Positions 55,801 through 64,000 of a stretch of 64,000 nt of DNA are shown here, in pieces (position 1 is the first letter of the stretch; the number at the start of each line of letters is the position of its first letter). The position numbers and the translations under genes are program-made. The stretch covers positions 124,001 to 188,000 of IMG/VR virus record IMGVR_UViG_3300042892_005961. One strand, 5' to 3'. A model generated the notes under the pieces. That model did no database searches, had not been told where the DNA came from, and saw only the letters and a list, made by a program, of their open reading frames with translations.

Positions 55801-58662
55801 TAGAACAACATTTGAACTGTTTTTTTGAACGTCTAATATATCTTTACCTTCTAATATATATTTTTTGTATCTGTGATAAATTGATCCCCATTTCAACATT
55901 AAAAAATAAGGAACATATTGTGACGTGCTAATTTCTCTAAATAATGATGAAACCATTATAATTGATCCTTCATAATTTACATTATCATCTAAATCAACAA
56001 AAGGTAATGAATTTAAAAATAAATAAGCTGAAGCGGTATATCTACCGTTTGGTCCGTTGACATCTGTATCCATAAAATCCGCAAACAATTGTTTATGGAA
56101 ATATGGGGTGTTTAATATGTTAGTTTTATTATTATCAACATTAATTGGCATTGAAAATAAATTACTTGTATAACCCGATTTTACCCAAAATTTAGAGTCT
56201 TTTTTACCTGATATTAATCCTTGTGTTGTATCGATTTCTAAAAACCCTTGATATGTAAAATTATCTACTCCAAATTTATCAACAGAGGTCCCATTAAGAT
56301 TTAAATAACTTAAATATTTCGTTGAACTGAATGGATATATGTTTGTCCTATAATCATCAACTCTATAATTTAATAAATTATTTTTTAATTTTGGGTATAC
56401 TTCAACGTCATTAAATGTACGGATCGGAAAATATTGTTTAATGGAATATGATTGTGAATAAAATGATTTTAAATAATCTGTTGTTGGTAAACTATCTAAA
56501 TAATAATTATAACTCTCAAATGGTGCAATTTTCTGTAATTGTAATAAAAGATCAGTTTGACTTTTGATACTATCTTTTAATAATTTTCTTAGATTATTAT
56601 CTCCTTTTACCGATTCTAATATATTTTGAAATTCAATATTCGCCAATTCTTTAATTGTATCTTTATTAAATGTATCGACTAAATTATATGTTAATGCCCT
56701 TTCATAAATTTCATATACAAATGATGATGGTGTTTTATTTACATAAGGTAATATATTAGTAACTGAATTAGCCGTATTGATTTTCTTTATTTTATTAACA
56801 TCAGTATCAGTTTCAAATTGTGTTTTATTTTTATCAACTCCACTCTCTTTATTTGTTAATGAATCCACTTTATTTGTTGATATTCCAATATATGTTTCAA
56901 TAAACTCAACTTCAGGCCATCTAACCGGATTATCCGAACCTAATCTAACATGAAAATCGGGGTCTCCAGGATAAATAATTGTATTTTCTTTACCTAAAAT
57001 AGTTGATTTTAATTCCGGCCACGGATATATCGACTCTCCTTTTGATTCTTTAGAAAATTCACCTACTACTTTTTTTCTTGTGTCCGCCTGATCAATTGCT
57101 CTTCTGTGTACGTCTTTCATTAAACGTATTAGAACTTCAGCATTGGCCAATATAACTGCAAAAATATTTCTAATTGTGGGTTCAAATCCAAAACCGTTCT
57201 TTTTATTACGAACAATTTCGTTCATTTTTTTCTCCACATCATTTTCCAATCTATTTCTTTGTTGTTCAAAACTTCTTCTAACGTCTCGAATATCATCGAC
57301 TAATTTCTCAATTGCAACCGCAACAAATTTTTGGTCATCGGTTGTGGTATAACCACTTATTCCCTCTATTTTGTTAATACCTAAACTATTTTTTGAAAAA
57401 ACAGAAGTTGTATTATTAATTAAAGATGGTTGTTGTGGTTTACTTGATAAAAAATTAGTAAACATTTGATTTTCATTTATTTTTTTATCATATAATTTTA
57501 ATAAATTTTCTAATGTTCCATTACCATCACCTATTACTTGTGTTGTTTTCTTTTTGTCCTCGTTATTAACATAAAAATATTGAACTATTGTACCGTTCGG
57601 TTGCTTGGAGTTTAATGAATTTACAGGAGTGTTAATTAAATTACTTGATGCCCACGATCTAACTGACTTTTCATATTCATCTATAGTTTCACCAAATTCT
57701 TTTGTGGCAGCAAATAATCTCATGTCAACCACTTGATCAAATATTTGTTTTTCCAATAAAGAATCTAAATTAGATGCAATAGTTAAAATTTCTCTAACTG
57801 TTTTTACTGGAAAATCTTTTGGTATAAGTCCTTTTAATTTATATTCATTATAAACTGTCTTTAATATTTCGTACCCTCTTGAAGATTTTTTTAATTCTTC
57901 TTTTTCTAATCCTAAAGTTTCATTAAAACGAGTTGTTCGTGTTGACTCATTAGGAAAAAGATATGGGGCATTTAATATTCCTTGTAATGGAATATCGGAC
58001 AACCACGCATATGTTGATCCAACGAATGTTGTACTAACTTCAAAATTACCACTAGATTCATTAAATTTACTTGTAAACTTAACTAAATGAAGTCTATATT
58101 TGATCGCTTTACCATAATAACCTTTTACCGTTAAATAAAATATTGGCCAAGGTATATGAAAGAATGCTTTATATGGTGAATTTTCAGGTGATTCAAATAA
58201 TGTTTTACCTCTTACATCAATAAAATTTATTCGAACTTGTGGTATCGCATTAAATCCTTTAATTTCTATTGAAATACTATCGATACCAAAGGACTGTCCA
58301 GTTTTATCTGATTGAAAAAATTCACCTGTTGGATTACCTTTATTATCTTTTTTTTCTTCTGTATTTAAAAATGAGTCAGTCCATGTTGTATCATAGTCTT
58401 GTCCGTCTCCATTTTTTAGAAAATTAAGGGTTCCACTTGCAATACTTGTTAATGTGTTAGTTTCATTATCTGATACTAAAATAGATCTTGGAACGATGTC
58501 CGCCTCTAAATTAACATACATGATTAACTTTTCCGCTTGTATGTTTCTTGGGTTTACATTTCCATCCGCGTCAACAGTTGAGTTTGGGTCAATATAAATT
58601 AAATTATTTTGATCAACTTTTACTTGTATATCTTCAGTATTTGTTACGTTATTTTTCACCAT
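52852..58662 (-). CDS. giant baseplate hub-like protein (gp27/gpD-like) with C-terminal DPBB-like domain
   Basis: TCEITCMGNVMIQP...GTYWITEVGHEI...TKFKGSR hub-type strands; C-terminal RGP...IALS..LMKDLDLQDGDIVYF. Confidence 0.6.
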   Translation of the reverse strand: MVKNNVTNTEDIQVKVDQNNLIYIDPNSTVDADGNVNPRNIQAEKLIMYVNLEADIVPRSILVSDNETNTLTSIASGTLNFLKNGDGQDYDTTWTDSFLNTEEKKDNKGNPTGEFFQSDKTGQSFGIDSISIEIKGFNAIPQVRINFIDVRGKTLFESPENSPYKAFFHIPWPIFYLTVKGYYGKAIKYRLHLVKFTSKFNESSGNFEVSTTFVGSTYAWLSDIPLQGILNAPYLFPNESTRTTRFNETLGLEKEELKKSSRGYEILKTVYNEYKLKGLIPKDFPVKTVREILTIASNLDSLLEKQIFDQVVDMRLFAATKEFGETIDEYEKSVRSWASSNLINTPVNSLNSKQPNGTIVQYFYVNNEDKKKTTQVIGDGNGTLENLLKLYDKKINENQMFTNFLSSKPQQPSLINNTTSVFSKNSLGINKIEGISGYTTTDDQKFVAVAIEKLVDDIRDVRRSFEQQRNRLENDVEKKMNEIVRNKKNGFGFEPTIRNIFAVILANAEVLIRLMKDVHRRAIDQADTRKKVVGEFSKESKGESIYPWPELKSTILGKENTIIYPGDPDFHVRLGSDNPVRWPEVEFIETYIGISTNKVDSLTNKESGVDKNKTQFETDTDVNKIKKINTANSVTNILPYVNKTPSSFVYEIYERALTYNLVDTFNKDTIKELANIEFQNILESVKGDNNLRKLLKDSIKSQTDLLLQLQKIAPFESYNYYLDSLPTTDYLKSFYSQSYSIKQYFPIRTFNDVEVYPKLKNNLLNYRVDDYRTNIYPFSSTKYLSYLNLNGTSVDKFGVDNFTYQGFLEIDTTQGLISGKKDSKFWVKSGYTSNLFSMPINVDNNKTNILNTPYFHKQLFADFMDTDVNGPNGRYTASAYLFLNSLPFVDLDDNVNYEGSIIMVSSLFREISTSQYVPYFLMLKWGSIYHRYKKYILEGKDILDVQKNSSNVVLKEGFLSGGTTTNINGRQFFDNQNNLTFFTNSGETQSVKYTGDTSGYTDVGIHPYYDNVFYNVVNNDSFFIYLSGATENYTTAITNGKLKLKKYDSRGTNKINYWTQYVNNGNNGYTLLPSTGGNLHHGKKQSLVNNDTPFSDNSFALEEQNNFRIIWEDEYINNKYSNETFFSPEEYNRTIGNFYNLSSNNKKVFDLIATFNPQMLEDFETHFLNFASEKVNLNYSDKSFSLTKYGKFQEVLRDIVNLSYDKNGDSDNIDTQIQNLKIKQSEKLKTITTSLLSNNDLINITIGNPKELDPHVINGFIDINKTDKFKYDTYDLTAQSGDTKYIQLYVGPYLNLTDTGNNNEYLDFFDDNNIKLSESNVLMFRSLIYIYAGYIKNGGTRDKYTFQQYLYKNIIFNSENNTGLNNRMSLFFSTLIPQFSSFNIEESKSKIDFFDGYNNKPLKVELYNFFKSMNDKWIAGNSIGQRSLLEEFLFLDKANKDIGNEYYIDIARLLNLGEPENIKQNLFSSISILLQDTGFDLRALPAYINFYGTNFSNTPKLTPSKKIAQNIFGTFLEVDYQESSPKIIVQYVGKNSTRPDMSDNKKYRFTDDSFNIGNTNNNPVMITLPKVFQTGDLSKTNKVVAFEVSFGDQNQSIFKGISLDQASIKNTTESFYVLENLARSESGSSSHNVDIGLYEYYRQAAYTCEITCMGNVMIQPTMFFYLKNIPMFKGTYWITEVGHEIRNNNIVTKFKGSRMPYTALPDLTDSFMSSYRTLFDKLQQKAINRVNGSDKVTETSASIVTADGSQYTYDMGPDKKKVPGEKVTLDDVGVTVNGIPYNGFNEFRYIVQVEYKGDKWLRAQVVRMGESNYSMNDTDSMSLITKSNFKQDPAFTWGNIRQFSDKNYFYSTRFILDKMDVNETLTDYKTLFLNPNKNKNITVNHQDSSDKTKPIARGPIDNIRDEKEYGIALSPKLMKDLDLQDGDIVYFKLEKV

Positions 58663-58975
58663 AATATAGATTATACAATTCTACACCTCTTTTATAATCT
58701 TGTAAAGAGCTAATTAATGGGTACGGTATTCTTATGAAGAAATTATCTGGTATATCAAATTCTAAACTTCCCGCCTGTGGATTTGCTAACATAATTAACC
58801 ATCCAAAAGTGGGTCCACCATAATATTCTTGTGACATTTTATCTAATCTGTCTTTACCTTTCTTAAATAAAATATATTTATCCGTTCCTTTAATTGGGAT
58901 TTCAATTCCCGGTACAATTCTAAATGTACCATCATCTATAAAAAACTGATACCTATCAAAATAATCCCTACTCAT
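58649..58975 (-). CDS. LysM-like baseplate protein (T4 gp53 / P2 gpX-like)
   Basis: DRLDKMSQEYYGGPTFGWLIMLANP...IRIP. Confidence 0.75.
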   Translation of the reverse strand: MSRDYFDRYQFFIDDGTFRIVPGIEIPIKGTDKYILFKKGKDRLDKMSQEYYGGPTFGWLIMLANPQAGSLEFDIPDNFFIRIPYPLISSLQDYKRGVELYNLYYGEK

Positions 58976-61900
58976 TTTCTATAATAGTTTAATTTATCTG
59001 TCACATTATTTGATGATCCGAATAACTTTTTAACTTCATCTATAATAGTTATTACAGTTTCTTCTGATTCTCCCATTGGTTCCAAATCAATCTTAATTTG
59101 TTTATCATTTTTACGAACAGGATCTTTACTAAATTTAATATTAATTTCCGATGGTTGGTATAGTGATTGATTTAATTTTTTAGTTATTCTGTCCAAAAGA
59201 TCATTATCCGTTGTAGATAAAGTAGTTCCTATTTTACTAACTATAGATGATTTATCATCGTAAAATAATACTCTTATAATGTCTTCAGCAATTTCAAATG
59301 TATATTGTATATTTAAAAAGTTAATTGAAGTATCTAATTTAGAATACATCTTTTCGGTATTCTTTTTTATATGTTCAATACAATCACTATAATTTGAATA
59401 GAAGCTTACTTTTCTTTGTTCGTCTGTTGTTCCGTCTAATTTATATATATTCTTTGTTACTTTTTCTTTTTCAATTTTAACATCTCTAGCGTATTTTGTA
59501 ATAAAATTAACATTATCAATAGATTTAATTAATTCATTTCTATTATTTTCAAAATCTGTAATATTTTTAAATGTTGATAAATCAATCATTTTTGATGGTA
59601 TTTGTTCTATCACATACGAGTGTAGAACATTAGCAACATCATCTTTTATATTTAATGGAATGGTGTCCTCAAGTTTCAATATCTTTAAAATATAATACTT
59701 ATCTGATAAGAAGTTAAGGTCATTTAAATAAGTTTTTAACGAATCGGCGGTGTGATTACATAGTGAAGGTAAACTAGAATTGTTAGGATATAATCCAAAT
59801 AAATTTAAAGTTGTTGCCGCTCCACCGGTTTCCACATCATAAACATTTATTTTACGATAATCTTTATTAAAAACTAAATTTGTTAAATGTTTACCATATT
59901 TTGTTAGAGTACTATTATAAAAACTTTCATATGAGACAAAATATTGACTTGTATTTTTATAAAGATTATCAATAACGGTCGTATAATCTAATGCCGATCC
60001 ATCTATCAAAGCACCAATATATTGTCCTTCAGATACGTTATTTTTACTAGGACTATCTTTTAGTAATGTTGGTGGAAATAATTTATCGTTTAAACCTTGT
60101 ATGAATTCTTTTGTAAATTCATTTGCATCCATACCTCCTATTTTTGTATTAGTAGATTCAGATCTTTCGTCGTACATTTCAGTATTTGCGTAGAAATTTG
60201 ACGATAACGCATTTTGTAATCTTTCAATAGGTCTTTCTAAACCTTGTCCACCTAAGAAATTCAATTGTATTGTTACAGTTGCAATCATAGGTTGTATTCC
60301 AATACCTTCAGAATTCAAATCCCATACGTTTTCTTCAAATTGAATATTAAGATCTCTAATAACAACTTTTGAATTATAGAAATCACCAACTCTTAACACA
60401 CAAACAGGTGGGGGTCCAAATGTTGTATTTCTCGCATTTATATCGGAATCATCAGATGATCCTTTTATTGGTATTGTGTTGCCTGGTCTTAAACATTGTT
60501 GTAAAAACGTCAATCGTGAGTTCAAACCTTCAGGAGTCATTGAGTGAAATCCAGGATGAAAATATCTTAATTTTTCTTTTAATGAACTATAAATCATTGG
60601 AGACGTTTCTTCTAATTTCTTAAAATAAAACTCTTCAGATAATGTTTTCATTATGATTCTTTTCATCAAATCAATAGGTGGTTTAGTTTTGTTAGTACTA
60701 ACATTACCCGTAGGTGACATTCTTATACTAGACACGTTTGAAGGTCCATCTACATTCGTTTTAGTATCGTAATCGATTGATACTGTAGATTGTCTACATC
60801 CATATGATAATGGTGAAAATCGGTTTAAATTTGGAGTTTCATACGTTACTCTACCACAGTCAACATTATCTACGTTTTTTTTCTTTCCGTAATTAATTGT
60901 TCTAAAAATTATAGACTTATCTAAACCATCAAAACCTAAATCTAAGTTTAAGGTATAATTAACTTCAATTGGAAACACTTCGAATCCTGGTGAAAACTCT
61001 TTCGATGTTACGTTTTTAAACTCCCACTTATCTTTTATAAATGGGTTTAATGTTTCTATAACATATTTAACAATAGAATGTGATCTCCTCATAGATAAGT
61101 TATAATCACTAACATCATCTCCTGTAGCTGAAGTTGTAGATCCAATTAAAACAACAATGTCACTATTTATATTTTTATTTTCTATATTTGTTTTTAATTT
61201 TTTAATTGCCGCTTTAAAACTATCAAAGTTTGTTTGTTGATTTTCAAAAACTTTTAATAAATCATCTTTAACATTTTGAATTGATTGTGTCGATTCTGGT
61301 CCGCTTATATTATCTTTTCCAAATACATTAACTAAATCTGTTTTTTTATTTTGACTAATAATAGTGATTAATGCGGTCTCTAATCGAGCCAATGCAGTTT
61401 GTTGATTTGTTGTTCCACTTAAACTTTGGGCAATATCATTATAATTCTGAATTGATTTAAAACTTGTTCCACTATCACTATCTGGATCTGAATTAGGGAA
61501 TATTAATTTTACCTTTAATGATTCATTTTTCTTATTAGCATCGTTTGTTGAACTTCCTTCAGGATTATTCCCCACTATAGTCGGAACAGCATCTTTTAAT
61601 CGATTAATGTCATTTGGATTTTTATTGGTGTTTAAATAATTCTGTATTGCAGTAATATCATCTTCATTTAAATTTGCGTATGTTCTTATTAAACTATAAA
61701 AATCAATATCTTTTGCTCCCGCAAAAAATGAATTAATATAATCATCCGCCTGTTCATCGTTTAAATTTTTAAAATGTTCTCTAACAAGTAAATTCATAAT
61801 ACTTGGGTGATCCACAACAATTTTAAAATTTAATGTTCCACTTCTTTCAGTATTTTGATATGTATAAATTGGTTCGGGTCTACCTAAAAACGTATTAGAT

Positions 61901-63738
61901 TCCCATTTAGCACTATTTTGTTCAGATACTTTTAAATCATATGGTGGAAACCACATTACTCTACCTCCGTTAGGTCCTCTTTCTGAGAAAGGTAAATCAT
62001 TTACTGTATAACCTGGTAATGTTGATGAACCCCATGCTAAATTTTCAATTGACAACATATACTTTTTAGCATAAAAATTTTTCTCTCCTCTAACAATATT
62101 TGTTGAACCTGGAAATTCAGGGTTAGTCGTTCCGTCCGACATAGGAGCCATATTCAAATTCCATGTATCTGACATAACACTTCCATCAAAACGTCTTATA
62201 CCTTTTCTTCTAAATGGTGTTTCTTTTCCCTTATAATATGGTTTATCTTCCGTTTCCTTATAAAATGGCATTGTATTACCATAATTAAAATATGGTCTAT
62301 CTTTAGTCCATACTCTTGCATATTCAACACCTATATCTCTACCTGAATTATCTATATATTTTACACCTGAACCTCTTGATATTAATGTGTCTCCATCTTT
62401 AAAATATCTACTTGTTTGATCAATAACGTGACCGATATGTGCTAAAGAATCTCCACCATTTTGTGGTTTTGAATCTAATATTTGTTGAGTAACTTCTAAA
62501 ATTGAATCTGGTCTAAATTTATATCTTGTAGATAAATCTTCATTAATATTTTGTAAATTTACACCTTTGGTTGTTCCATTTTTACTAGCCCATGTTAATT
62601 TACCACCTATTTTACCTCCCTGTGTAATATTTTTATTACTATGAAAAAGTTCAGCAGCAATTGTATCAAACATTAATGAAAGATAATAACTACTTCTTAT
62701 TGGTCTACCACTAAATAAATCGGTAGTGGCGTTTTTAACATTATTTGCTCTATCATCTCCAATATATGCAGCTCCGGCTGGTGCCTCAACACCTAATATA
62801 CTTTTAACACCTTGAGCAACCATACTCGGTATTCTACCTAATCCGGTTGACATTTGAGATCTTGCACCTGTTGTATAGTTAGGAGCATAAGCGTTGAAAC
62901 TTAATAAATCAAATAATCTATACTTTGTGGCATCTCCCATATTTTCAATTAATATGTCGGACGGTTTTCTTGTTGGTAAAGGTCTTCTTTGAATACCTAC
63001 AATTGAACCTAATACCCCCGTTAAATCTTGCCATACTTTAGTCCCCGTAGAAACGTCTGTAGGTCTTACATTAATGGGTGCTCTTGGGTTTGTTAAGTAA
63101 TCTCCAGGTATTGTACTAAACGGTAATTGTGTTCCCGCCACGGTACCTAAAAAATCAATTCCTTTACCTAATATACTTCTAGATGCGGTAATTTTTTCAT
63201 TACCCTCAATTAAAGGTTGTTTACCTCTAATAATGTTTATTAGTGTGTTAGTATTACCTAATAATGCTTCTCCTATTTTATTTTTAGCAACCGTTGCGGT
63301 ATATAAATTTTGATTAATTCTTGCTAAAACAGGACCATTACTATTGGTTCTAATATTATGTGCTGCAAACTTAAATAATTCGGATTCTGTATCATAACTT
63401 CTAGTGGCCATAATACTAATCAAATTTTCGTCCGTCTTTACAAAATATGGATATAAATTTAAATTTGCTCTTCTTGGTAAATCTGCTATTGTTTCTTTAA
63501 TGAAATATTCCGTTGGTTTAAAAATATTAGATTTTTGAGGAACCAAAAGATCATTCTTTCTATTGTCGTCGACTTGAGGAAGTAATAGATTTGGACTGTC
63601 TCCTAATGTTTGAATACTATAATCATCACTTTTAAAGGTTTTAGGAGACGGACTTCTTCCGTAAACAGGATCTAAGGTCCTATTTAACATTCTATCTCTA
63701 ATGTCCTTAGTAGCGTCAAAACTTAAGTATTTTGGCAT
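58972..63738 (-). CDS. giant tail tube-initiator-like protein (gp48/gp54-like) with inserted OmpA-like domain
   Basis: WESNTFLGRPEPIYTYQNTERSGTLNF and PPVCVLRVGDFYNSKVVI halves flank LIGSTTSATG..YNLSMRRSHSIVKYV. Confidence 0.55.
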   Translation of the reverse strand: MPKYLSFDATKDIRDRMLNRTLDPVYGRSPSPKTFKSDDYSIQTLGDSPNLLLPQVDDNRKNDLLVPQKSNIFKPTEYFIKETIADLPRRANLNLYPYFVKTDENLISIMATRSYDTESELFKFAAHNIRTNSNGPVLARINQNLYTATVAKNKIGEALLGNTNTLINIIRGKQPLIEGNEKITASRSILGKGIDFLGTVAGTQLPFSTIPGDYLTNPRAPINVRPTDVSTGTKVWQDLTGVLGSIVGIQRRPLPTRKPSDILIENMGDATKYRLFDLLSFNAYAPNYTTGARSQMSTGLGRIPSMVAQGVKSILGVEAPAGAAYIGDDRANNVKNATTDLFSGRPIRSSYYLSLMFDTIAAELFHSNKNITQGGKIGGKLTWASKNGTTKGVNLQNINEDLSTRYKFRPDSILEVTQQILDSKPQNGGDSLAHIGHVIDQTSRYFKDGDTLISRGSGVKYIDNSGRDIGVEYARVWTKDRPYFNYGNTMPFYKETEDKPYYKGKETPFRRKGIRRFDGSVMSDTWNLNMAPMSDGTTNPEFPGSTNIVRGEKNFYAKKYMLSIENLAWGSSTLPGYTVNDLPFSERGPNGGRVMWFPPYDLKVSEQNSAKWESNTFLGRPEPIYTYQNTERSGTLNFKIVVDHPSIMNLLVREHFKNLNDEQADDYINSFFAGAKDIDFYSLIRTYANLNEDDITAIQNYLNTNKNPNDINRLKDAVPTIVGNNPEGSSTNDANKKNESLKVKLIFPNSDPDSDSGTSFKSIQNYNDIAQSLSGTTNQQTALARLETALITIISQNKKTDLVNVFGKDNISGPESTQSIQNVKDDLLKVFENQQTNFDSFKAAIKKLKTNIENKNINSDIVVLIGSTTSATGDDVSDYNLSMRRSHSIVKYVIETLNPFIKDKWEFKNVTSKEFSPGFEVFPIEVNYTLNLDLGFDGLDKSIIFRTINYGKKKNVDNVDCGRVTYETPNLNRFSPLSYGCRQSTVSIDYDTKTNVDGPSNVSSIRMSPTGNVSTNKTKPPIDLMKRIIMKTLSEEFYFKKLEETSPMIYSSLKEKLRYFHPGFHSMTPEGLNSRLTFLQQCLRPGNTIPIKGSSDDSDINARNTTFGPPPVCVLRVGDFYNSKVVIRDLNIQFEENVWDLNSEGIGIQPMIATVTIQLNFLGGQGLERPIERLQNALSSNFYANTEMYDERSESTNTKIGGMDANEFTKEFIQGLNDKLFPPTLLKDSPSKNNVSEGQYIGALIDGSALDYTTVIDNLYKNTSQYFVSYESFYNSTLTKYGKHLTNLVFNKDYRKINVYDVETGGAATTLNLFGLYPNNSSLPSLCNHTADSLKTYLNDLNFLSDKYYILKILKLEDTIPLNIKDDVANVLHSYVIEQIPSKMIDLSTFKNITDFENNRNELIKSIDNVNFITKYARDVKIEKEKVTKNIYKLDGTTDEQRKVSFYSNYSDCIEHIKKNTEKMYSKLDTSINFLNIQYTFEIAEDIIRVLFYDDKSSIVSKIGTTLSTTDNDLLDRITKKLNQSLYQPSEINIKFSKDPVRKNDKQIKIDLEPMGESEETVITIIDEVKKLFGSSNNVTDKLNYYRK

Positions 63739-63752
63739 TATCTTCTTTTATC

Positions 63753-63760
63753 TATAAATA
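63753..63760 (-). promoter_or_regulatory. candidate late promoter TATTTATA
   Basis: 14 nt upstream of ATG 63738. Confidence 0.5.
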
Positions 63761-63778
63761 GATAATATATGATTTTAA

Positions 63779-64000
63779 TTATTTTTTATTGTGTAACATA
63801 ATATAAGGAGTTCCTTTAACATTAACCGCTGGTTCCATGTTAAATCCTTTATTTGTAACTTCTATTTGTGATTTTATAACAAATTCATTTGTTCTAGGAT
63901 TTGATCTTTCGTAATAATCTTTTTTCTCTTTATCATAAGCCTCAAGACGATTTCTTCCAGTTTCATCTCCTGTGAGATATTTTCTTAAATTCTCTGCTTG
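63779..64000 (-). CDS. 3' end of an upstream gene (partial; possibly tape-measure-like by position)
   Basis: Open frame QAENLRKYLTGDETG...YIMLHNKK* entering from the right edge. Confidence 0.5.
   Translation of the reverse strand, partial: QAENLRKYLTGDETGRNRLEAYDKEKKDYYERSNPRTNEFVIKSQIEVTNKGFNMEPAVNVKGTPYIMLHNKK

Noticed and set aside
379-60623. Most short plus-strand ORFs in the track
   Set aside because: Antisense to well-supported minus-strand genes with no recognisable motifs
1-64000. Stop-codon reassignment (code 15 or 4) as in some large Bacteroidota phages
   Set aside because: Long conserved genes are intact under the standard code, and TAG/TGA occur at sensible gene ends

Overview
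AT-rich, gene-dense segment of a large (jumbo-type) myovirus-like dsDNA phage. It is almost entirely minus-strand, and standard-code ORFs are intact. A Bacteroidota host is inferred from Bacteroidota-style NusG, primary-sigma, ClpP and Hc1 homologues, TAnnTTTG promoter boxes and the lack of obvious SD motifs. Left to right: NusG, a Dam-like MTase, a small plus-strand operon, a histone H1-like protein, head/scaffold-like proteins, a degenerate amidase, a membrane protein with a candidate -1 frameshift, a sigma-70 factor, spanin-like membrane genes and ClpP. Then a Rad50/SbcC and Mre11/SbcD pair separated by a putative Type II R-M cassette, a PD-(D/E)XK exonuclease, primase, a candidate GC-rich small RNA and RuvC. 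A ~22 kb baseplate/tail-fibre block follows, whose proteins carry Pro/Thr stalks and shuffled Cys-bounded modules. After it come class II RNR, helicase, 5'-3' exonuclease, RecA and SSB, then a second structural block (hub-like, LysM/gp53-like, and a tube-initiator-like protein with an OmpA-like insert). The most notable items are the modular stalk-and-tip adhesin system with a 95-bp perfect repeat, the frameshift, the small RNA, a TATTTATA late-promoter candidate and the re-partitioned Mre11/Rad50. No CRISPR array, tRNA, rRNA, RT or integrase was recognised. All protein-family calls are by eye from motifs; no database search was run.
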